20,644 bases of DNA from Spirogloea muscicola (taxonomy: Eukaryota), in the NCBI GenBank assembly GCA_009602725.1, contig WELB01000012.1, positions 554,701-575,344 of the forward strand. Reading direction: 5' to 3'. Shown in pieces: positions 8,330 through 18,026 of the stretch. The notes under the pieces are model-generated. The model ran no database searches. It was not told the DNA's origin and saw only the letters and a list, made by a program, of their open reading frames with translations. How positions within the stretch are numbered: position 1 is the first letter of the stretch; every line of letters begins with the position of its first letter. Position numbers and translations under genes: made by a program.

Positions 8330-9472
8330 TAGTAGCACTGATGTGTGTGAGCAGGAGAGATGGGGTTACGCCCCGAGCATAGGAAGGTGGAGTCTGGATT
8401 TAGCTGGTCCTCTGCATAGGGGTACTCAGCACCTTATGTAATCATCATGATCAAACAGGTCTCCAAATGGGTTGAAGTATCAATCATCCTTGGTGTGTGT
8501 TGTGCTTATGTTGCTGAAGCTTACTTGGAACAGGTCTGGTCCGAATTCGGAGCTTGCGCAGAAGTGCTCACTAATCAAGGGCCTGACTTTCAGGGTGATG
8601 TCCAGCGTTTGCTTGATCAGACCTTTCTTTACCATCGCGTCATTTCACGTGACCATCCACAAGCCGATGGAATAGCAGAACGTGTGATACAGACCATCAA
8701 ATGTGGTCTGACCAAGTATGTACTTTGCAAAGGCATGGTAAGGTGGGACAGTATTTATCATGGACTATCATGGTTCACAGATTGTCAAAGCAAACTTCTT
8801 CGTCTGCTAGTAGTCCTTTCTACTATATGGACAGCAACATTCATTCCTCTTAGTCTCCATGCTTTGGATACAAAAACCCTTATACCTTGGATATACCAAC
8901 ATGTGGCTGAGCATTTGTGATGAGCGTGAGTATATGTTCAGGAAACATATGCCTATTGCATTAGGACGACTTGCTCATTGCTCAACATCGTGATATGCAA
9001 CGATATGCCACCAATCATGGCGGGTGGTGCAAGCCAAAACCTTCGACACTTGACGTGAGTGACTTCGTCCACCTTAAGGTCAACCCTCAAGTTTGCTTGG
9101 ATGCATCTCGAGGTGGATGCACCTCCATACAAGGGTTGTTGGTCAGAGCTCTTCATGCGTGATTCGCCTACAAGGGTACTGTGGCAGGAATATTGCTGAC
9201 AATATGTAGAATAATTCCCGGTGTCATCTTACTACAACATTGACCCCTACTGATGATCGTACACAACACCCACGCACTTGTCATGCGAACTATGCATCGA
9301 GGGGATTAATCTGCAGTGATGCTCTTCTTCTATTTGCGATAAAGGGTGGCATATTCAATGACTGACACCACTGCTACCAGTACACCTACAGAATACTGGT
9401 TTATTTTCCCCGGGTGCAGACCCAACTCCTCAGCCCAAGCCACGACTCGCACTTGGGGGTGGGAGGGGGAGA
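8330..9472 (+). mobile_element. Decayed Ty3/gypsy-type LTR retrotransposon remnant: integrase core, C-terminal region, PHD finger, possible PPT
   Basis: RWSLDLAGPL (8385), SKWVEV, FGACAEVLTNQG and HPQADGIAERVIQTIK form the D,D(->N),E integrase core, followed by IAQHRDMQRYA. A broken PHD (CELC..CDKGWHIQ*LTPLL..W..PGC) spans 9284-9417 and a purine tract 9455-9472. Multiple stops and frameshifts. Confidence 0.85.
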
Positions 9473-9879
9473 TACATTCAACACAAGTTCTTGACTATAA
9501 GCACCGTGTCATCAGCTATTGATATTTTGCTCTATGTGCATGTGTGTTGCTTGGTGATGCCTGCACAAGCTATTACCTCAATATGACGCTGATTTCCTCA
9601 TATACTTTGTTTCGTTGCTCTGCCTGCCACGTAGACCCTCTGACACGTCAATCGGTTTGCTACAATCTTCCCTATCAACGTAGTATGGCAGTCGACGCCC
9701 TGTAGCATGACAAGGCGCAAAGCGAGCAGAGGGGGCGCAACGGCCGGTTGTACCATCCACAAAGGAGGACCTTTTCCGACAATGTGGCAGGTGCTGGTGG
9801 GTCGCCTTGGCCAGCCACACGACGGCGCCGCTGACGGCATTTGAGGCGACACCCATTAGGCTCCACCACCAAGCGGAAG

Positions 9880-10009
9880 AAGACGGCTCGCCCATAGACA
9901 AGAGGGGCTGGCAAAGAATGGACAATGTCCGCAGGCCTCAAAGGCCACAAAACGGTGCCCGGAAAGACAACTACACACCAAGACACGAAATGATCCAGAT
10001 GGATGCTCA
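9880..10009 (-). mobile_element. Retro 3' UTR copy interrupted at its stop codon by a MITE
   Basis: Reverse complement TGAGCATCCATCTGGATCATTTCGTGTC...TTGTCCATTCTTTGCCAGCCCCTCTTGTCTATGGGCGAGCC matches the UTR at 877-1018. The GTAC that precedes the TGA resumes at 10447-10450. Confidence 0.7.
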
Positions 10010-10443
10010 GGGCCGGGTCACACCGGGTCGGTCGGCCGCGCCGAGGGTTACGCGTCGCGCGTTGCGCGCGTTGGAATGACCGGCGTTTACACCGGCGCGG
10101 GCCCGGTCGTGGTCGGTACGCCACGAAGGCGCCACATCGGACGCTGACCAGGACGCCTTTTTGGGGCGCGTTGATGGTTAAAACGCGCGCGTTTGCCACG
10201 CTGGCGGCCAGAATCCAGACCACCTCCCGAGGTGGTCCCAATGATTCTGACCAAACCCCCCCCCCCGCCCCCCCCCCCCCCGCCCCCCCGGCCCCGACCA
10301 ACCCCTCCAAGTACACGCAAGTTCAGATACGCATCATCATCATGCCCGCACGTGCAGGCGGCCTCGGCCTCTGAGGCCGCGACACCCCCTTGACCCGGCG
10401 GTCAAAACGGCTTTTGGCCGACCGACCCGGTGTATCCCGGCCC
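10010..10443. mobile_element. Non-autonomous DNA transposon (MITE), PIF/Harbinger (Tourist)-like, 434 bp
   Basis: 28-bp TIRs GGGCCGGGTCACACCGGGTCGGTCGGCC (10010-10037) and GGCCGACCGACCCGGTGTATCCCGGCCC (10416-10443) match at 26/28. The 3-bp TSD TCA is at 10007-10009 and 10444-10446. No transposase ORF. Confidence 0.85.
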
Positions 10444-10801
10444 TCAGTACACGGAAAGGCTCCGGCGACGGCAGCGTGCGGGGGGGTCCCTTCAACGCCG
10501 TTGACGCGCAAGGAGCCCGCAGCCGCAGCCGCAGGGCAGCCGAGCTAGCGGGCGTCGGGGCCCAGGTGCCCTCCACCACCCGGGGGTGCGTAGCTGGGAC
10601 CCCGGGGGCCGTCGGGTAGCGCAGGGTCCCGGAATAGGGCCACGGAGCCAGGAGAACCTCCAGGAGGAGGCCCACACAGAGCTGCCAGCGGGACCCGGCC
10701 CACAACTCAACCCCCCCCGGCCCCGACCGCCCCGACATCCCGGCCAGTGCCAGCAGCTCGCCCCCTCCCCCAGCCGCTGCCGCCGCCGCCACAGGCGCCG
10801 C

Positions 10802-13359
10802 NTGCGCCTCTGGCGGCTCCGCAGCCGCCTCGGAGCGCCTGGTGGACCCCGGGGCCCGCCGCAGCGGCTCTCCTGGAGGCCGCTCGCGCGCCCGGCCGCC
10901 TTAGCCAGCGTCGCTGCCGGCGCCTGGCCGTCCGCTGGAAGCCGTTCAGTGCGCAGCGGCGCGACTGCTTCCGCTAGCTCCGACGCTGCCAGCCTGCGGC
11001 GGCGCCGCCGGCTGCGTTCGAGGGACGACGAGGGCTACCGGGGCCCCGGCAGCGCCGGTGGCGGCCCGGCGAGGCGCTTCCGTTGGGTGAACACGACGGA
11101 GGACCCGCGCGACCCGACGACCCGCGTGTGCTGCTTTGAGCACTTCCGCAAGCAGCACGACAAGTGGGCCTACATCCACACCGACGGCGCGCGAACCTTT
11201 GACGCCGTCGACCTGGCTCTCGTGAGCTCCCCCCCCTGTCGCCTGGCCAGGCGTGTGCTGCCGAGTGACACGGACGCCGCGCGGTCAGCGGACCGTCTGA
11301 CGGTGGCGTCTTGGCGCCCGCGCAGCTCCTCAAGGGCAAGAAGGTGGCGATGATCGGCGACTCCATCACTGGCCAAGTATGGATAAACTTGGTTGTGGCT
11401 CTGCAGAGGCACGGCTACAAGGAGTGGGCCAACTGCGGCAACACACGGTATGCTGCTCAGAGCACAGATAGCCCAGACTATTTTCAGCCTGTGAGCGCTC
11501 GTCTAGGGGGACTGTCGGGATGCCTCTGCTTGCTCGACTTGACCTTCGCGGTGCTGAGCCTCTGTCGCCTATGGTATACTGAATGCTGGACTCCTGGAGA
11601 GAAGGGCGCATGAGGGCCACTGGGCCCATGCTTATCAGATAATTCAGTCAGTCGGTTTGGTGCCCACAACGAGCACCCAGCTGCTAGAAGCAGGGCTAGC
11701 TGATCCTCAGGCTGACAACAAGCAAGTCCCTCAATTCTGCTCCACTGTTCAGCTATTTCTATGACCTTAAGGTGGAGGACACGGTGGAGGAGATGCTCGC
11801 CAAGGGCACCCACGCTTTGCAGAAGGACAAGAAGCTCTCGACGTTCGGGCGAGAGACTGTGCTCACCGGGCCCTTTGAAAACGCCACTTGGTCCTACTGG
11901 CGAGGTACGTCAGATCCCTGTGCCTATGCTCCTGCTGTGGAACTTGCAGACCCTGAGGACAGAGACCTCAAGATCGAAATCCACTTATAGCTGCTGTTAA
12001 TTTGGCAGAAAGACAGCAAGAAAAGCGGACATGCAGAATGTCGGTATCTGCTGGTAGACAAGGCTGTCACGCCCTGGTCAAGACCAATGCAAGGGAGCTT
12101 GTCCAATTAGTCCTCCACATGCGTTTGCTGGGAAGATTGAAGTTATGCAAGACTCTCAATTGACGATGGTAACACCTGCATGACGGCAATGCGTCAGCAA
12201 GACCAGAATCCACCGGACTGGTACTCAGCCATGCTTTGAGCCACTCTGTGCAGGCTTCCATCTCGTCCCAAGCATGTACGAGTGGCCAGGCTACAATATA
12301 TACCAGTCACAGCTTGAGTATGTCGCTCAGAATTTTGACGTGGTGAGCACTCGGCTAGCTTATGGAGCTGGAGTTGAGGACAAATGAAGTCAACTCTTGC
12401 AAACTCCAAATTGGTAGACGACAGGCCAGCTGCTGGGCATGAAGTGTGGCTGCATGCATTGACTGTGGTTACAGCTCTGGTGCTGACATCAGTTGACCGG
12501 ACTTTGTCACAGATCATTCTCAACTTTGGGCTGCACTACAGTAACGGACGCGTGAAGGGCCTGCGTCACGACATGAACAGCGTGGCCGACTATCTTGCCA
12601 AGTTCAACAAGAAGAAGGGTCAGGTAGGGTTCTTCCGGGAGGTCTTGCCGCAACACTTTTACACCCTAAATGGCAATGGGATCTACCCAGGTCCAGACGG
12701 CTTCCCTAAGAATGTATCCCAGGCGATCATCAAGATTTGCCATCCCGCACCTCGGGTGCACCAGGCAAGCTCTGCTCCTTGTCCTTGTGCAAAAAGGCTG
12801 CCTCGCAGAGTCCAACTAATGCCTATCGAGCTAGGTGTGGATGATAGCTCACAAATACAGCAATGGAAAAGTGTATCGTAAGCTACAAGGAGGTACCAAA
12901 CTTAGTGCACAACCTGCTAAGAGAACGTGTTAGCTGTATCTTCTGTTGTGTAGGCAACGTGCATCAAACTGATCTCACAAGTGTACCACTTTTGCTGACC
13001 AACATTTTCATTGCTTGAAGCGAGCACAGTGGAGGAACGACGTCCTGTGGGAGGTGGCAGCCGAAAAGCAGGTGCCTGTGCAGCCAGTCTTTCACCAGAT
13101 GGACATGCATGGATTCCACCTTGAGGGGGGGAAGCGCCCTGACTGCACACACTTTGGCAATAAGGACACATGGTGGCTGGCCTCATTCGACTCTACTTAT
13201 ATGACTGTTGCTGCCGGGATGTGCGGCTGGGGGCTGCTGGCCAAGAGCGACTGCGAAAACCACTTCCCACCTCTCTATTACAGCACAATACGGAACCGGG
13301 AGCCAGATCTGGAGGGTGCGGTGCACATGTCCAGTTGGGATTGGCCGACACAGGAGTGA
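10802..13359 (+). CDS. TBL / PC-esterase-like putative O-acyltransferase, paralog 2 (5' end uncertain)
   Basis: Exons ?-11221, 11326-11447, 11753-11904, 12254-12342, 12513-12764, 13030-13359. Motifs FDAVDLALLLKGKKVAMIGDSI, LNFGLHY and PDCTHF. The only candidate start is an in-frame NTG at the N at 10802. Confidence 0.8.
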
Positions 13360-14122
13360 CAGCCCACAGCAAGCTGTGTCATAAGTACGTGCTGGACACT
13401 CTGCAATAGCTGTAATCTTGAGCAGCGTGTCCTTCGGACGTTTTTTAGAGTACCGCGCACATTGCCTTTAGGCACAACAGAAATGGGTCCCGTTGATCCC
13501 AACGTTGATTGCAGTAATCAGGCAGCTGGAGGTAGATATAGCTGACCACATTGGCTGGTATTATAGCCTCCTCGGGGCTCCTTGACTGACAAAGCAAGCG
13601 CCATTGCTATGATGGCCTGTTTGCGAGAAGCCGGAAGCAGGGTTCGCAACTTTGTGCGCCTCTGACTGTGGTGTTGGGCTCTCGTGGAACCAGCTTGACA
13701 GCCTCAGAGAGGGCCATCAAAGCTGTATCTAGGAAGGTACTTCAGAGTAGTATCATTGGGCGCATTTGCCTTCATACTTTAAGCTCGTGGTGAAGAGCAA
13801 CTTGATGACCGTCTTTGCTGTGACCCAGCTATTGCACCTAGTAAAATGCCCAAACAATATAACCTGCAAGTAATCAAGCTGGCAGTATACAGTCACTTAA
13901 AGTGTGGCTGTTGCAAGCTAGTGCGTTGCAAAACGAGCACTCACTGCAAATGGTAAGGACAGCTAATCTTCCAAACTTGAGACTGAGTCTTTCATGCAAG
14001 TGCCAAAGGAAGTAGGCCAAAGCTTCCAATCGATTATTGTGCCCAAAGAGCTATACCAACTCTCAAGTACGTGGATCTGATTGGCAGAAAATGTGATCTT
14101 ACACTAGTATTGGCCAAATTCT

Positions 14123-16908
14123 TCACCTACGGATGAGTGCCAGGCAAACAATTGCCGGCAACGGGGACGTAGCGTAGTACTCAAAGTCTTGCAAAATCAA
14201 CCGCTCCATCCGATGAGCAAGTTGATTCAAGAAGCCCTTGCCAAATCTCTCGGACAAAAGTGGCCCCAGGATCACTGTGAAAGCATTTACTATGTGCTGG
14301 GCCACCACGGAACGACTGAGCATCTTGCAAGGAAGACCTTTAATAAGTCACTGCAGATTATGGATTGGCTTTTCGTGGCCAACTCAATGCAGGGCTAAAG
14401 CGGCTGCTTATGCATCCAATAAACATGTCATTCGGAGAGTGATGTTTCCGTGGAGGCATTTGTCAACGGCCAAAGCTTCTTATGTAGGGCAGAAGGTGTA
14501 TGAGTGTATTCAGGTGTAGTTTGGTTTATAGGTGACGACTGACCTTTGCGAAGGTGATAGCTGCCATTCTTGTGGAGTCGTAATCCCCATATTCTGCACA
14601 ATAGTATTCAAATCAGAGTGTTGCGAAATAAAGGACTGCAATCAACCCTGCCCCATTTCATGGCATTGCCAACAGTGTCAACTGAAGAGTAGTCAATGAT
14701 CAATTTGTCAATGGCAACACGTACCTTCAACGAGCTGATCGCAAATGGCTTGCCTGGCAGGTTCTCAATCACTTCATAGAAGTCAGACTCGCTACGACCA
14801 TACAAAGGGATATTGAAGGAAGCCAGGGATTCGGCCGGGGCAGCCCCCTCAGCCATGAGCTGCTTCCATGCCTCATCCATAAGATCAAACCAGTTTCTGC
14901 TTGCTACTTCTGCTGTGTCCATTTCTCCTCCTGCTGCAGGAACCGAGGTATATTCTCTGGGATTTTTGTCATGATCTGGCTCTGGGCCGCCCGCAGTGAT
15001 CAACCAAAGCAGCCCTCCTTGTCTAATCTCCTCGGCACGACAGCTCAAGAAGCATTCTAGGTCCCTCTTTGCTTGTGCCTGTGGCAATGAGAGAACAAGG
15101 AAGACTGATGACATGATCAAAAGTGCACTTGACTGATGACGACTCCAGCAAATGTATGTGACTTTGATCCGAGCTTGATGCCACATTGATTGCCTGACTT
15201 AGCAGGCGCATTGCAGATGTGGCCTCAGAGATGATTGATGGAGAATCTTAACACCAGCTTACCTTGTACGCAGAAAGTATGGCACCTGACTTGTCCCGCG
15301 CATACCAGGTGCTGTTAGTGTTGACGATCTTTGAATGACCTGAAAACCACAGCGTAAATCGGTGAGTAGCTGTAGGTCAGGGAAGACAGGTTGTTCGTAG
15401 CATTGACTTTTGATACTAGCCACATGTTAAGTACAATGACCGGTTACGAGTGCACGTTCACTTAAGCATGCAAGAAAAATATTTCCTTGAAGTGAGCAGC
15501 ATTGCTAGCAGCTTTCTGATCTAAGCTGTATCAAAGTAACGCACAATGAATGTTGACTCATGCAGTTCTTGTCACGAAGGCTACTTGAATGATTTGCCAT
15601 GCTTATAAGCTTGGTAACAAGCTGCATGCCTGCTTCCGTGGCAGCACACGGGTCTTGAGACAGAAAGTGCATAGCAAGTGTGCAGGTAACCACGTGCAGG
15701 GACGCAACTGGGAAAAGCCTGTTGTAGAATGAGCCTATCAATGGCGAAGGCCCAAAATTGATTACTTCTGACTGTCTGCGAGCATTTGTGTCTGTATGGC
15801 TGCCGATACATTTGAAAAGGTGATCATCTTGACTGAATTGCTCACGCTCTGCACATCATGCTTCTTGAAGCAAGCTAAGCTCACGTTGATACGAATGCAG
15901 GTGCAAGTGGGGCTCTTCGTTACCAAGAAGTAATCTCAGACCAAGAAGCAATCTCAGACCTGGAACTGCTGCTGCAAAATATGCGGGCCTGCCGGACTCC
16001 TGGTTGAACAATCGCCGGACAAGCAGATTAAAATCATTGTCAGGCAAATCCGAGAAGTAGACAAAGCACTCCTTCTGACTGTCAAACAACAGACGCCTCA
16101 CTTCCGAGACGATGCTTGTCATCTGCTGTACAGAGTTCCTGCCTGCACTCATTGCAGAAAATGAAATGTAACGAGATGTCTTATTTTATATCATCTGTAT
16201 TCGGCAATGAATACATGAGATAGGGTCCAGGGAAGACCATGATGAGTTATAATCATACCGCAATATATATCTTAAGGGTCAGTAAGATGTCTTCTACAGT
16301 CGCAGAGCTTGGGTCGAAGATGGTTCTGGCTGCACAAGACAATGTCTCCTAAAGGTAGTGCTGGGCTCTGGCCGAGATATGTCTGAACATGCTGTCGTGA
16401 ACAACGGCTTACAGATGCTATGTCCAACCGAGAATTACTAAGTAATGTAGTCGGAGGAACTGCTATCCGTGCGTGCACAGGTGGCTTACCCGTGGAGCAT
16501 CCAAGATCAGCAATATTAATCACACCACCAGCCTCCTGAAGCGCCGCGGCGTTGGCAATGTGCTCAAGCAGCATGGGTTTTGCCTCCTGCCAGTGTAACC
16601 AACTCATGACGATTGGAGCATGTCTTTGAGTGAGTCATTGCTTGTAGCTGCAGTGCCGCCACCTAAGAGTTGCAGTTTCGTAAAGATTCACGAAGCAACG
16701 AGAAAGGAGAGAAAGAGGAACTCAACACCAATAGCAGCCACTACTTGCTCTGACTGCAGCATAGGGGAAGCTCAATCGAGCTAAGAATAGGGTCGTCTCA
16801 GCCAGGCGCGCGGTCTTCTTGCTAGGTGCTCACAGCGAAGATGGCTGCCTGGAGGTAGGACTGGCTGTCATAGCTGTGTTCGCCGTCGCCGGCTGCCATC
16901 GGCCGCAT
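14123..16908 (-). CDS. SABATH-family SAM-dependent small-molecule methyltransferase, 377 aa, 8 exons
   Basis: Exons 16908-16834, 16586-16490, 16142-15960, 15734-15630, 15339-15263, 15078-14725, 14593-14544, 14315-14123 total 1134 nt in frame. Motifs MAAGDGEHSYDSQSYLQ, IADLGCSTGRN, FSDLPDNDFN, VPGSFYNRLFP, AYKAQAKRDLECFLSCRAEE and SFNIPLY. Confidence 0.9.
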
Positions 16909-17325
16909 GGCTGCTTGTGCGGACGTCGGCGACAACTGCCCCGCCGGCGCCCGCGCCTGCGATCCCGCTTGAGAGAGAAGCAAGCGGCTATACCCGTATT
17001 TGAAGATGAAGCAACTGCCACACCCGCCGAGCGCGCCGCCTTCGCCGCCGCCGCCGCCGCGGCGCCTGCGCTGCAGCGTCGGGCTCCGCGACGAGGCAGC
17101 GCGGGGAGTGATCTGCTCGCTGAAGCCACGGGGCTGGGATCCCGGCGGACCGCCTCGCGGCATGCACCGAGATCGACGGTCAAGAACATCGCTCGGGGTC
17201 CGAAAGCGGGGTTCCCGAGGGACCGAGCACTGCCCTCGATCGCGGTCCGCTGGGCGGGTCGGTATGCAGACGGCTCGCAGCGCCAGGTGTGTTCATACAG
17301 GTGTGCATACGCATTAGTTCCTTTG

Positions 17326-17510
17326 GACCTTGTACATTGTCTCCGGGCTGGCTTTTTCACAGCCCTGCCCCCCCTTTTGCCCGTGGTTACTGAGCGGGTC
17401 AATATGCAGCGGGAAATGTACGCGTCAGATGTGCTTGCCTTTGTACTTGGCCACTTTGGCCTTCAATCATCACAAGTACACAGAAAGTTCCTTTGAGAGA
17501 GCCACTTTCT
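17326..17510 (+). mobile_element. Composite retro 3' UTR fragments
   Basis: Contains TTGTACATTGTCTCCGGGCTGGCTTTTTCACAGCCC, the CCCGTGGTTACTGAGCGGGTCAAT motif shared with 2269-2294, and terminal GAGAGCCACTTTCT. Direct repeat AGTTCCTTTG at 17316-17325 and 17486-17495. Confidence 0.65.
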
Positions 17511-17579
17511 GTCTTATCTTTCATATCGCGCACTCTGGCCGTCTTTCACTCTCAACACCCCTTTCCCTCCCGACCGTTG

Positions 17580-17870
17580 CAGTTCGCCTCCCGCTTGCTC
17601 AGCGGTTTTACAGGGGCTCAAACGGACTGGCCCCCCATGCCAGTCATGCCCAAGACGCCATGGAGGGCCAGCCGCGCGGTGTCCCGACCAGCGGGTGCGT
17701 CTGACACGCGGACCATGGTGCGTGGACCAGGTAGACCTTGCCGTGTAGATTCCGAAGGGTAGGCTACGATTATCCAGCCATGACGCAGGCCCCCGAAGTC
17801 AGGCACAACTTTGCAGATCGCTGCCCTGTCTTCGATGCCCAACTTTTGGACAACGTCGCACTCGGGTCTG
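17580..17870 (-). pseudogene. Possible decayed zinc-knuckle/RLE endonuclease segment of a CRE-like retrotransposon
   Basis: RPEC...DRAAICKVVPDFGGLRHGWI resembles CxxC..H...C...RH, and GRDTARLALHGV resembles the G....D..GV block of RLE domains. Key residues are mutated and an in-frame stop is present. Confidence 0.4.
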
Positions 17871-18026
17871 AGTGCAAGAATGATAGTGTCGATTAGGGTA
17901 GCTACTGGTTACTCGATACAACACACACTACTGAGTCCATCAACTCAAGCTGCAGAAACAATCTTGCGACTAAATGAGCAAGACGCCCACAGCTGTGTTG
18001 CAAGATGTCCATGAAAGCACACTCCT

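Noticed and set aside
9473..9870. Possible 3' LTR after the purine tract
   Set aside because: No clear TG...CA boundaries and no second copy in the window.
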